Shown one piece after another: positions 39,772 through 52,442 of a stretch of DNA of 64,000 bases. The stretch's first letter is position 1. Each line of letters opens with the position of its first letter. The stretch is from Catajapyx aquilonaris (taxonomy: Eukaryota). The notes beneath the pieces were generated by a model. It saw nothing but the letters and a program-made list of their open reading frames with translations. It was not told the origin of the DNA and searched no databases. Position numbers and translations under genes: made by a program. The DNA lies in the NCBI GenBank assembly GCA_000934665.2, contig JYFJ02001492.1, forward strand, positions 1 to 64,000, read 5' to 3'.

Positions 39772-41326
39772 TAATTGCAAGTGGGTAAAATTATGAAGAT
39801 AGTAATAATTTATTCACACACTGTGAAGGTGTGAGAAGTATGCCTATAACATTTAATGTTTTAAACATTTAAAGTTTTAACACATACAAAAATTTAGCTT
39901 TTAGTTACGGTAATGACAAATATTTTATGTTGTAAAATTTGTGATGAAATTACAATGTAATCATACACAGAGAATGTAAGAAAATAATTACGGTTGGAAA
40001 TTAACTTTCGTCACCATTACTCAATTTGACTCTTGAGCAACTATTGACTCATATAACTTACGTAGCCTACCAAAATGCGCCTTAATCACCGGATAATCGT
40101 GCTACATTATTATTATGAGGGCCATTAGAATTTCCATTGGTGCTGAAGATTTAAAATGAATATTGAGCATCCTACAGCTTCACAAGGACACTGAAGTAGG
40201 AAAAGAGAAGAGCCATCCTACAGTATAGCTTATTGCCTCAGTGTCAGAAGAGAAAATACAGGATCTCAATGAGCTCTCCATCACACTGTAGACTAATTAA
40301 GATAATATTATGGGATGGATTTCGGAATAACACACTCAAGTAATATGGTGTGGTATTATCCCATATATTATTATTACACGAACCTGTACATAATTCATTT
40401 TGGTACGACATCTTAATTACAATGCAATGTAACTCTCACTGACCTGTTTTATGAGAAACACTCTGATGATAATGCATTGTTGCTCCTTACATTGCTCTTC
40501 TATACAGTATGTATTAGTTATAGGCCTACTGGTTATAATGCAATAACGGCATCTTAGAATAATTGGCTGAATCACCCAGCACAACATGATGTAATGATTC
40601 GAGGGTAGTCACTAGTGGATTATTTTATCCGACCAAGAAACATACATTTACAATGTGCAAAGCGGCAGTGTATTAAGTAACGTGTGCCCCTCCGCACCAC
40701 CTCCGCAGCGTGGAAATAACCCAGCTTTTGCGTAGTAGGTTCAGCTGTCATCAATAAAGTCGCAAAAAACAGGCAAAAAAATTCAATTCCTTTCTGTTCA
40801 AAAAAGACCACCATCTGACAACCGTAAGAAAGTTGTCGCAGAGAAGGAAACGAGACCATTTGGCAGCATTCTGCGCCCATGCAAAAGGCCCAACGAGGTG
40901 GCAAAAGGTGTTGGTTTGAAAAGCATGCGACGAATAGGGTGTGCCGGAGGGGCGAGGGAAGAGAGGAGAAGGGGTAGCTGGCGAGGATGGTGGAGGTCAC
41001 ATCTGGATGGGAGAGAGTCGCGAATGGGGACAAAATTATTGTCGGACAAATTTTCCTTCCGCCAGTCATCTTGCTAGCAGTCCCTTGGCCAGAGTCCAGC
41101 CCAACACCAAACCCGTAATATCTTTCTCATAGTTCTTGCACAAGGACAGGAATGGCCTATTCAGCCAGCTACTCAGTTATTCTGGATATTTTCTAGCAGC
41201 ACCATTAAACATGCAACAGCGTTGTGAGATACAGGAACTGTATGCTACTATATGAACAGCACAGCTTATTTTCTCTGCCCCTAACAGAATGTATGGTAAT
41301 TGTTCTGCATGTCTTCTCATGTACTA

Positions 41327-41470
41327 CTATGGGGCTCAAATTGTTTTGGCCACTTTATCCTGGTCTTGAAGTGACCCTTCACACACACACACACCTGCTC
41401 AACGTGGGGCTTGTGCGAAGGGTTGCTTCAAGACCAGGATAAAGTGGCCAAAACAATTTGAGCCCCATAG
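41327..41470. mobile_element. Hairpin MITE family H, copy 1
   Basis: TA|CTATGGGGCTCAAATTGTTTTGGCCACTTTATCCTGGTCTTGAAG...CTTCAAGACCAGGATAAAGTGGCCAAAACAATTTGAGCCCCATAG|TA. Confidence 0.9.
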
Positions 41471-43482
41471 TACGTGCTACAATCATCTTCCATTTGTGGT
41501 ATGAGATATGTGATAGAAATTTCATTTTTGTAGACCCTTGAGTGTAAGTGGACAAGGAGTTTCTGGTTTCGATCCAAAACGATCCGACGTACGTCCTTCC
41601 TCCACTCAGAGTGGGCCAGCTAGTTCGCAAACTCGAGAAGCCGCGGTCTATTCACCTCAACACGCGGTTTTCACCTCTTAGAGCCACAGTGGCCTTCCAT
41701 AAATTGCGCACAGCTATTAGGGGGATTCAGCTCTACTTGACAGGGAATTGCAAGAGGAGGAGGGACGGTTGCGTCCGTGTTACGTAACGAAGGCCGAGCA
41801 CCATTTGCTGAACTTTTCCTCTTATCGCTGACTTCACTATATATGGCAGCTACTTGGGTCCTACCTCTCCTTATTATGCAGTGTGTGCTAGTTGAAATGT
41901 CCGTAAATGATAGCTACTTGGTGTCATTTGAAGCTGTTATTTTCGAACGGTTTCTTCCAGCGGTTATCAAAAATATATTCTGCAAAAATGGGTTGAGTCA
42001 ATATGTCAATTTTAAGTTCCCTAAAAACCGCAAGTTCCTGAGTTGATGTGGTACCCAGATGTGAGAGTTGTAAGTCAGACCTTTCCGTGTTTCCGCCAGT
42101 ACCACGTCAGCCGCATTCACCCAGGGTCATAATAAATAATCCAAATCTTTTGTGCATTCCAGTTCCAAGCATAAAACAAAGGGTGTGTGTTATGGCTTGC
42201 AGCATAAATGGTCACACCGCTCCGGCTCTTCAATGTTGAATATATCCATGCATATATGCAACCGCTCATCCCTTCATGTTCAGTATGTAGCATATTAAAC
42301 AGAGGAGTGTAAAGTCGCCCACTTTAACTCCCTTTTTTATCGTAGGCATACAGTATAAAAAGTGTGCCTAATAAAATAGTCAAGTGCGAGGTCCAATGTA
42401 GGACGAGTTGCGGTGGCCACAATCGGGCCTGTTCCTCTTGAAAATAAAATGACCTGGATAAACTGAGTGAAGGCGTAAAAACGCCTCCCGAAAAGGGTGC
42501 AAAATGACTGGTCCCAACCCTGGGCCTGAATCAACAAATAAAACATCGCCAAAAAATCCATTTCTTTCAATTGCTCCAGCCAGTTTTGCTGACAGCTCCG
42601 GCGGATTGTCGGGAGTCTTAAGAGAAATGAATGGAGTTTGGACCGTATGGGGAAAAAGGCTATTAAGCGTGACGTATCAAAAGTTGGCAATTTTGAAGAT
42701 TATCGGGCATAAAGAACGGACTGGAGTTTGTTGTGAGAACGTGCCCCTTATCTGCCGGCTATTAATTTAAGAAGCATGTTGTTGGCAACGTTCTCCGTCA
42801 CACGAGCTGTGACGTCGACGTAATTTCCGTCATTTCGTGCAATCTGGAGTGGTTATAGGAAGCGTGGCCCCTTCAGGCTAATGACGGCGCAGATTGACGT
42901 CATGATAAATGGTTCGCGTTTGACGTCTTTCTTCTGGCATTTTTTTTTGTGTCTGGTAGGGACCAAATGCAGCGAGGAGGCACTTGTGTCGAAGAGGATA
43001 ATAGTCGAGTCTCTTTGAAAGCATCGTGGGAAGCAGTTTGGCCAAGAGTCGATGAAGTGGGATAGGCTTTTGCACTTGGGGCCCCCTGGAGACACCTTAT
43101 CACTTCTTTTGTGCTGCATGGCTTTTCCCAAAGGTACAACTGATCTGCACGCACCGATTACTTAGCCTGTCAAAATCAAAGACAAATGGTGTTTCATATC
43201 CTCCACCACATATGTCCCGTATAGCCTGGCCGCCTTGAATCCTAGTATGCTGCTAGGAGGAGTTGACTCGAGTCGAACCCAATCAGGCTGAAAGCATCCC
43301 TTCTGCTTCGGCAAAAAGGCGTCAATACGACTGGAGTATCTCTCATCCTTTGCATTGGCATATAATCCATTCCTCCCGGTCTTTTAATAGGAACTCTACA
43401 TTTGCACCAGAGGAAATTGCAGAAAAGAACCGACACGCTATTCGAATATGGTGACTCCCTCAAAGTTCGGGAGTTGCTTCTG

Positions 43483-43515
43483 GAGGAGGAGGAGGAGGAG
43501 GAGGAGGAGGAGGAG
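43483..43515. repeat. (GAG)11 microsatellite
   Basis: Perfect GAG run. Confidence 0.95.
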
Positions 43516-45785
43516 GCTGCTGAAGGAGCGAGCGAGGATGGGGAAAAGTTAGGAACAGATCCAATTCTACAAATCGGACCAGGACTTAGTACCATTTCTC
43601 TTTATACGGTTAAAAGTGGACTCGAGTCCCGATGCATGGCTCATGCTTTTCTCATCCAGCTCCTGAAAGCATTTTGGAAGTCTCCATGCAGTCAATAAAG
43701 GGGAATACTAAGTGAATCATTCCACTCCATTCCAGCATTAAAAATAAAAGGATCTCTGGGGAATTAAGTTTAGAAGATGATTCATATTTGATTGCAGTAA
43801 ACTACATCTGAGCATCCCCCTCGTTGCGATTTGCAATTTCCCAGTTGAATCGAATTGTTCGCACTAAATTGCTTCGGAAAATAATGTATGGTATCCACCA
43901 CTTTGCTTGAAAAATAGATGGCCAGGCGTTTTAATGACTCTTACTACCACCACGCCGTTAATACTGCATAAACTATCAGTGTTTGCTCTGTGTAGGTGGT
44001 ACTAATCAATGGCAATAAGACGAGATTAAATTTAAAAGTAAAATCCGCTTGCACACTTTATCGGATTAAGAGGTAACAGTCCTGAAACATTACCCAAAAG
44101 CCCAGCCTGCCGATATTTCACTTTATCGCCAATTATCGCGAATTAAACGGATTACACCACCATTACACTAATAAGAAACGCTCTGTTGGCATTCGCTCAG
44201 CCTGTGTGGGGGGAAAAAACATAAACAAAAATGCACCGTTAGACATGCTCCATAATGATAGAGCCTAGAGCATGACTCCTACATGAAACCAGAGCAAAAC
44301 ATAGCAAGAAGGAAGTAGATGGAGTCGATCACCTTGCCCTTTCACCCGCATAAAATGACTAGCACAGCACGGGTCATTAATTACCAAGCCAGGGCTTGGG
44401 GAAGATGTGCAAGAAAAGAACACTCATTCCTGTACGAAGCAGGGTCTGCCTAATGCCATCATCCATCATTCGTAATCTAACGGAATTATCATCCGGAAGG
44501 TTTCGTATTGCAAAAAAATTACGCCCCCCCCCCTCCCCCCAGCCTAAATAATCGAAGCCAATTTTAAAGGAAACTAGGGATAAGGAGATTTGGGCTCCAC
44601 TCTAAGGCCCGTCTAGATGTTTTTCTGGGTTTGTTCAAAAGTGCATTGCACTCTGAAAGACAGCGTAACTGCACCGTGTCGAGATGAAAACGCTCAAAAG
44701 AATCGTACGTCTTCCAAATGAGAGCCCGGAAGCTGTCATACATACAGCCCCCTTCCGGGCTCCTATAGACTTTATTAATATGGCTGAATAGATGTGCAAG
44801 CCCTTCTTAAAAACTGCCAATAATCCCTACGAGCTATTTGTCAGCGCGTGAGGTGTTGAATGGCTTCGCACTAAGAACTCCTCAAAAATAAGATCTCCAA
44901 AATAGCGCGTTTTTCACCGGAAGTGTATGTACCACGCGCTTAGTAATGGCACATAATGATTCCAACTCCATCGCGTTTCAATTGAGATTAACTTGGCCCG
45001 TCCTGGGTCCGGACACAAAAGCCTGTAATCCATCTTTTATCTCCGTCTGAAAGCTCCCCAAGCGTGGATCCTACCATTTTTCTTGCACAGATGAAAAGTT
45101 TGGGCAATTCGTCTTCCTTTCATTCCGCTCTCCTCATCTCCCCAATAGCCCCCAAATTGTCGCTAGAGACACTGCTGCCCCATATGACTACATTCAAAAG
45201 CGACGTTTGGAATTTTCGCATTTCTCCAAGCATCAAGAATCATTGAGATTCAAAGCCTGGGCAAAATTCTTAATAAGTACTATTTATAAATTCTTCTCCC
45301 TCCAAAAAATGGTGCTGGGGGGGAAGGAAGCAGTGAGGACATGTCGTTAATATTTATACGCAAGGGAGCAATTCTAATTTTCATTTCATTGCTGCAATAA
45401 ATATGCGTCCGATGGTGTCTGAAATATTTCAGTTAGGGAAACCAACCCGCCCACCTAATTTCCAGTATTGATTCGAGTTCCCCAGGAATTTCCAAGCTCC
45501 CGGAAAAAAAGGACCAGAAAAAAAAGTCATTGACTTCATGTTTCCATGCATTCATCATCAGGGGCCCAATTTCCCCCACGTTCCGCTTTTAGAGCCAACG
45601 GCGCAAAATTTCATGAATTAGTATTAACCAGCCGGCTTTACTCCTCCCTTTTCCCCCTGTACCTCCCTTTGCTAATTAACCCTTTCCGGTGCTTCCTTTT
45701 CTAGCCCACCTGACGAGTGACTAGACTGACCGTCAGTCAATAGACGCGTGAGCGTTTTCTCACTCTACATTCCCGTCACAATTAC

Positions 45786-46271
45786 TTGCCCTTCACTCCT
45801 CTTGCCTCCTCAACTAATGGCCAGAGAACTCTAAAACAGAATATATTCAGCAACAAGAAGGGAAAGTTGTCATTACGAGGCTTCAGCCATACTATTGGAC
45901 CTGATTTTACTCATCTTTTGTTAGAAACTAGTCTCTCGTCACTGCCAGGCTCATTAGATGAAGGATGGTCTGGCGGCAGTTAGCCAATGTTGGTGAGGCG
46001 TTACAAATTATACTGCAAACCATCATTAGCATTCAGGCACTGAGAGGATGATGAGGGGACACACTCTAACCACCCTGAAGAACGTGGGCTTTGCGGTTTG
46101 TCAAATGGTAGGACAGAACACTCTGATTACACCTGTACTCTACGGGATGCAGCCAAGAAGAGAGCAAGAACTATGGCAACTCGACCCGGAGGACCATAGA
46201 TTCATAGAAGAACAAAGCGATTGGAGAAGGTCAGAAGCAGCACAGAAATATCAGGATTTTGGTATTTCTGA
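45786..46271 (+). pseudogene. Possible disrupted paralogue of the orphan ORF at 52443
   Basis: One frame with several stops carries collinear motifs NIF..LSL, SL.G.L..GW and ATR.G..I.RR; downstream DNA is homologous to 53149-53321. Confidence 0.35.
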
Positions 46272-46643
46272 CGTTGTCAAATAGATGTCGCATTTTCTGG
46301 TAGGTATGGTATTATGAAATTTAAATACTATATGAAAATTATAATTGTTAAAAGGCCAAAGTTCATTTTCAAACACAGGTTGGAAACCAGAGATTGGTTT
46401 TAGGATAGGAGAATTTGCTTTCGTTGCTCGGAATATTTCCGGAGGGGATAAAAATAATAGACTTCTGCTCTCAACAGTATTATAAACTAGGTTCGCAATT
46501 GGCTACTGGAGCCGCGAGCCTAGTTTAATTGTATGCGTATACTCTAACTCAAATGTCAAAATGTAGTCAAAGCTCAAGTCAGGTAGGTAATAACAATTCA
46601 TTGGGCAATAGGTTGCTGTGAAGATTGGCGCAACACATACGTT

Positions 46644-46785
46644 CTTTGGGGCTCATATTCTTTTGGCCACTTTATCCTGGTCTTGAAGCAACCCTTCACA
46701 CAAACACACTTCCTCACCGTAGGGCCTGTGCGAAGGGTTGCTTCAAGACCAGGATAAAGTGGCCAGAAGAATTTGAGCCCCATAG
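46644..46785. mobile_element. Hairpin MITE family H, copy 2
   Basis: Same TGGCCACTTTATCCTGGTCTTGAAG arms as 41327. Confidence 0.9.
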
Positions 46786-47726
46786 TACATTATGCAAAAC
46801 GGTATCGAATGTAATAATAATTGTTTCTGGCCAGAAACTGGACTCCACAAAACAAACAAATATTTAATTCGCAACAGGAAATAATGCAATAATTAATATG
46901 CAATAATTATGGATAACACAAATTCCGACCCTTACGGTGACCCCTACTTGCAGTATCTCATAGCCATAGGATTCTAGGAAGGGCCAAGATGGGGCACAAA
47001 ATAAAGTGGTGCAAGTTTTCCTCGAGTCCGCCCATTATTTATTTTACTGAGGTCAGTTTCCAGTGCAGTCTCGCTGCAACTATTTTTTAAAAGCCAAGTT
47101 CAGACAGTTTCCACTTAATAGTCTATGAATAGCCGAGGTGTGAGAATTACGCTGGCAGAAATAAACTCCGAGGCCAATAATAGCGTAACTTAAATGCAAT
47201 GCAAGCTCCTTCCCCGACTTGTTCCGGAACGCCAGCCACACTTGGGTTCCAATAGGCTGCAATGTGGACACTCGTATTACCCTGGAGGCCTAAGTCTGTA
47301 GAAAACGGCTTACAACATTTCAGAGCATGTTGCAGAAAATCCAGCCGGATAGCCGCAGATTTTCTCGCCTGCCTCGGCTACACGATTTTTTTTTTTTTTA
47401 CCTGCGTCCTTTTCACTTGTGGGAGTGTTGACATAACCATTTTGCACGCGGATTTTTATGGCACCTTTTCGTATCATTTCTAGAGGAAAGAAAACTACCG
47501 CTTGTCTCAATGTGAATTACGCGTAGATATTGCTCTTTATTAGCTATAACCATGAGCAAATTCAATTTATTTCTGCAGTTATAGCATTGGTTGCTAAGGA
47601 ATATTCCAGTACATAAATTGACGGCAAAAATCATTCATGAACGAAATATTCTGTATCCACGCATGCTCGTATGGTTTGTTATAATAAACGGTCAATCATT
47701 AGCTCTCTTTGGTACACCTTGATATA

Positions 47727-48164
47727 CAGGGTGTATCAGAACTCTACCGTAAGCCATGTACCAATGGCATAAGGGGCACCAGAGAATCGTTATATGTAGA
47801 GGGGTCATCATGTCTAGGCAGCCACATCACGTAGATAATTGATCATTTGCGAAGTAGCGATTGCGCTTAAGCGTGATTGTAGAATAGTAGTGCATCTGGG
47901 GGGAACTGCATTCTAAGAGCCCTTAGTGACTACCCCAATAGCAGTGTGGCAGTAGCCCCCCAGAAAATAGCTGCGACCTTCACCTGTGACGCGATTGGCG
48001 GCTGAAGGTTTGCATACCTGCCAGGATATTTGATACCTATTGGTTGAGGTCAATTATCTCGGTCATGCGGCGGCCCAGGCCTATGATTCCGATACTGTAA
48101 ATGATCATCTGCTGACCATTACGCCATTGGCATATGGCTTACGGTAGAGTTCTGATACACCCTG
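47727..48164. mobile_element. Tc1/mariner-type MITE
   Basis: TA|CAGGGTGTATCAGAACTCTACCGTAAGCCAT...ATGGCTTACGGTAGAGTTCTGATACACCCTG|TA; ~40-bp TIR. Confidence 0.92.
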
Positions 48165-48339
48165 TATATAAAATTTCATGGGAGCTGGAATTTACATGCT
48201 AGCCAGAAAGGAAGCTCCGGCTTCTTTTTTAAGTCATAGTGGTGCCAAGTACACTTGTAACGAAAATAACACACACTTACGTCTTTATATAAAACGCAAA
48301 GGTCCTCCATTCATTTGGACTTTTTTACCGAAGCGCCTG

Positions 48340-48545
48340 GGCCCACGGGCAGGGGAAAGGTGACTGGGAGGGGAAGTGCAGATGCAAGTGTAATCACACC
48401 AGGCTCGGTCATTTTGTGCGGCCTTGGTGGTTAGACTAAAGGAACCCGACAGGGAGCCAGAGACGACCCTACTCATCAAGAGATGAAAGGGTGAAACGGC
48501 CAGGTTTGGCATTGAACCCGAGACCATTCTGTCCGTGGACGCTTA
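48340..48545 (-). mobile_element. Degenerate SINE related to family B
   Basis: B-box remnant GGTTCAATGCC on - strand; GGTCATTTTGTG and GGTTAG.CTA..GGAA match 2937-2981; TGCAAGTG body motif. Confidence 0.55.
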
Positions 48546-48764
48546 GATTGCCACTGCACCTCAATATTGTCCGGAAATAGCCCCTGGGTGTCCATGATAA
48601 GGTGGATATTGTTTGGAGGTTTATTTCTTGGAAGCGCGGTAAGACCTTGTTTGTGTCTCAAACCAAGGTGAAGTGGATATCAGTAGATTATGAGCACCTC
48701 TAGGTGTTCCCAAAACGTTACACGTATGTATAAGCAAGTGTATAAGATATGTTTGTTTACCCCG

Positions 48765-48830
48765 TATGTAACTTTACGGTATTTATTTATTTAGATTTAA
48801 ATAAATAAATAAATACCGTAAAGTTACATA
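48765..48830. repeat. AT-rich palindrome with (TATT)n/(AATA)n core
   Basis: TATGTAACTTTACGGTATTTATTTATTTA...TAAATAAATAAATACCGTAAAGTTACATA. Confidence 0.9.
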
Positions 48831-49144
48831 TGCTCTAAAGCAGGGTCATATTGTCGCTCTTAATTACGAAATGACGCGTCTGATTCATGTGACTGATCCT
48901 CAGAATCTGTTGATTATCATAATTATATATGCCTTGCCTGAGCATCACAGAGCGATACAGTGACAGGATTCAAAAGTTTATCCTAACTCTTCAGGGCAAT
49001 TTGTAAGGCTTTATTGTTCGCTGGGAAGTCTAGATGCAAGGATATTCTGTTGGTATCGATACAAGGCCGTGAGGGTAGTTGTATGAGCAAAAAATTAAAA
49101 TATATCTCCGATAATGTACAGGTATTCACAATACATAATCAGGC

Positions 49145-49469
49145 GGGGAGGTGTGGTGGCCGAGATGGTAACGTCTCGGCTTGCTGAGTGAAAGGCCCCA
49201 GGTTCGATCCCCGCCTTCACCTGCGTCGGGAGGGTCTCTGACCTGCACCAAGGAGGTGTCTGGCAACCTAACCTCCTGGGGGACTGCACATGACCCAAAA
49301 GCCATGGGACAATGCACCTGCACAAGTGTCCCCTCCCCAACAATCCCTTTCCCTACCTTATATCCTGAACCAGCCCTTGCACGGAGATTGAAGTAAAAAT
49401 AGAAAACTGATGGTGGTGTTCCACCCCCCTAAACGAGGCGAAGGCTCGAGCACGGGGTATCAATAAAAA
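49145..49469 (+). mobile_element. tRNA-derived SINE (family A) with 15-bp TSD
   Basis: TSD AATACATAATCAGGC at 49130-49144 and 49470-49484; A and B boxes; body near-identical to the copy at 24996. Confidence 0.93.
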
Positions 49470-50488
49470 AATACATAATCAGGCCAAATATACTGTCATC
49501 CATAACTTGTGTTGATACAATCGGCCTTGAGACTAACACTTGCTGGTTTATCCCGAAAACTGGGCCCAAATTGGACAGATCTTACAACAATCAATGTAGA
49601 CTTACACAAAAACGACCCAAGTGGCGGAATTGCGTATCGGAAGGCACAAAAATTAGACTGAAATAATAAATAATACAAATTCCTTTATTCCCCTTATAAA
49701 GAGTTGTATTCAGTTTGAGCTCTACTCCTTTTATTTCCCTGATCCCTCGTTGCCTGGGTATGATTATACGGCAGCGTTAAGGCTCTTCCGAGCCAGAATG
49801 TGTGACCCCAATGACCTGACAACGATGAGGCGTCACCAGATGCAATGATAAACACGCTTCCGTATCACTCCGCTCAAAGCATTTGAAATCACTGAATACA
49901 AATAAGAAATTTTACGAGCGATTAATTGGCAGAAAATTAAATCGCAAAACAGGCTTCCCGGCTAGAACGTACAGTACCATTCTTTCTGAGCGATACTGTA
50001 CCTTCTATCAGCTTGCTATCAACGTACCGCATACAAGCGGTGAAAAGACCTAAATGGCCAACTACACAAAAATATTAATTACATCGTAGCTCACTGTAAT
50101 CAGAATGTTTCTTTTTACTAATTCTTGATGCGTAATTTGCCTTGACCGGATATTTACTTTGATGGAGTACATTTGCAACAAGTTAAAAATAACGTCCCAA
50201 AACGACCTGTCAGTCCTAATATTGGCCGCTCATGCTTCGCAAAGTTCAGCCGTGCATGATTTGACCTCGTGCTACAAAGGAGTCGTCTTTTATTGAAAGT
50301 CAATTTGAGTCATCACTTCTCTTTTAATATTGCTCTCATGTGGGAGGAAACTGGAGAACAGGTGCTGAGAAAATCCCCGCGAGCACGTAGGGCAGTGTCA
50401 GGCAGAGGACGTCGTTCCAGGGACTGAAATTAGCACTAGCATATTATGTCGAAAGATAGACACAAGTACGCAGGCACTGTACTATCGG

Positions 50489-50686
50489 ACGCAAAAAGAA
50501 TGTCCGGGGAGAGTCTTCGTTCAGCCTGGTGGAGGCAAACCATTGCACAGATGTGTACACACACACTTGTGTGTACGTCCGTGCTTATCTGCTGAGCTTT
50601 TTCCCTCCTCCCTTAGCTACCCAGGTGCAATATGGTTTGCCTCCACCAGGCTGAACGAAGACTCTCCCCGGACATTCTTTTTGCGT
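50489..50686. mobile_element. Fold-back MITE with ~55-60-bp near-perfect arms
   Basis: ACGCAAAAAGAATGTCCGGGGAGAGTCTTCGTTCAGCCTGGTGGAGGCAAACCAT and its exact reverse complement. Confidence 0.85.
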
Positions 50687-50749
50687 GCCTATGTACACGT
50701 ACAGTATATATCAAGTTTCGTGTTATCAAGTTTAATTAGAATGTGAAAT

Positions 50750-50966
50750 TCCCCGTCACCTCTGCTTGGCCGGGTCTTTTTCCGCTTTTCTACCGACATG
50801 CCCGGGTAGAATTGCACTCCCTTCTCTGCTCGGGGCCAGGAAAAAAGGCCTGGTGTTAAAGAAAGTCAGAAATGTCTATCGCACGGCGCCCTCCCTTGGG
50901 AACTTCCCCTTCCCCCCTAAGAGGGCCACGAGCTCTATCACGGGGTAACAAACAAACAAACAAAAA
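50750..50966 (+). mobile_element. 5'-truncated retroposon insertion with (CAAA)n tail
   Basis: TSD-like AGAATGT(G/T)AAAT at 50738-50749 and 50967-50978; ends CCCCCCTAAGAGGGCCACGAGCTCTATCACGGGGTA like the SINE tails; no tRNA head. Confidence 0.7.
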
Positions 50967-52338
50967 AGAATGTTAAATAGTCTGAAATTATCTAAATAGC
51001 ATTCTACAGCTCAATATGCTATTTGTGATAATCAGCATTTGAAAGTAACTACGTCTTGAAAAACGGGTGGGGAATCGTTTGGCACTTGCAGTTTTAAATA
51101 ATTAACTTATACCTACAATAACTATTGGAGATAGGATTGGTTATGGCACAGTAAACCATAGGAATGATTTACGTCATGTTAAAATTAATTACAAATCCAT
51201 GCTTAATACGAGGGGCGTTAGGAAAGTCTTTACAATCATTTTACACAGAGGCAGGCGTGAGAGGGACATTCGAATATTTAAGTGTGAGGCAATTATCATG
51301 TCTCAGCAGGTGGGTACCCCCAAAATATGTGCGGGCCATATTTATAACATCTTCAGGGCTTCCTGATGCTGTCAGGGTTGTGCGGCAGAGTGATGCAGAT
51401 CCATGAAAATGACGATATTAGAGTAACGGCTATTCACGTTCGAATGGCCGAGAAGGAGAAATAACCTTGCTTATACGAGCAATACCCTCGTATATACCCT
51501 GGTATGCCGGGGTAATGCTCAAAAGTATCCGCAACAGCTCGACGAGTCAGGGTAAATGATAACGAGTTGTTTCACGGTTGGCTTTGGTCTAGCGTCCGGT
51601 CATAGAAGGGGATAATAATATAAAACGTTGCTTCTGGCCTTTCGAAGAAGAAAAAAAATCCTTTCATGGGTAGTGATTCGACATGTTAAAATTTGTGATA
51701 AAAATTACAATTAACATGCTGAAAATGTCATAGCAATTTCTGTCGCCATTTCAAATACGAAGAAATTGCAAACTTTCCAGCCCAGGTTTTCACTACTTGG
51801 GGAATATATAAATTCAATATTGTACTAGTATACTGTACTGAACCAGATCGTTACAATTGCATCGGGAATCAAACGGCATCAAGAACAAACGTCCACCCCA
51901 GCTTTCAGTTGGCAAAATGAAATGTTTCGTCCAAATACCGTATTTCACAATTTCCTTTGCCTGCCTATATCTTGATTGCTGTTAGAAATATTGCAACCAT
52001 TTTTAAAGTCCAGGGTCACACCTTACTGTACTTTCAATGTTAATGGGCCCTTTCGCGCAATTCCTAAGTCTAAAATTGCACAAAAAATAAGTCTGTAAAT
52101 TACAACTTTCGATATCTCGAACGGACAGGAGTCATTTATACTATTTAGAATTTAGTCATTATGAAAAAATATTCATCAGATGCAACTGATTCTGGTCACA
52201 AACTGCACTTCATAAAACGCGCCAATATTGGTTACATTCCGCTTTGGGATTGGCATCCTGATTCCCCATAGCAACATGAATACAATCATGTTGTCATGGC
52301 TGTCGAATCAAAACAAACTCGTTCCAAACATCAAATAT

Positions 52339-52372
52339 ATTCGCTCACTGGTTCTGTCAGAGTTCAGACGTG
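52339..52372 (+). promoter_or_regulatory. Candidate Inr+DPE core promoter
   Basis: Inr-like TATTCG (A at 52339; imperfect TCAKTY) with AGACGTG starting exactly at +28, about 100 nt before ATG 52443. Confidence 0.3.
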
Positions 52373-52442
52373 TTTTTTCAATCGTTCTTCCCTCCTCGCA
52401 TTCACACCTCCACCCACCCATATTCTTAATCCTTTGCAGATC

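Noticed and set aside
43402..43698. ORF with a poly-Glu tract (and poly-Ser on the opposite strand)
   Set aside because: Explained by a (GAG)11 microsatellite; no recognisable domain or linked exons.
45520..45570. CTGATGA...GAAAC...GTC on the - strand (hammerhead-like); other CTGANGA hits at ~3400, 8379 and 45710
   Set aside because: Stems I and II do not form, or GAAA is missing.
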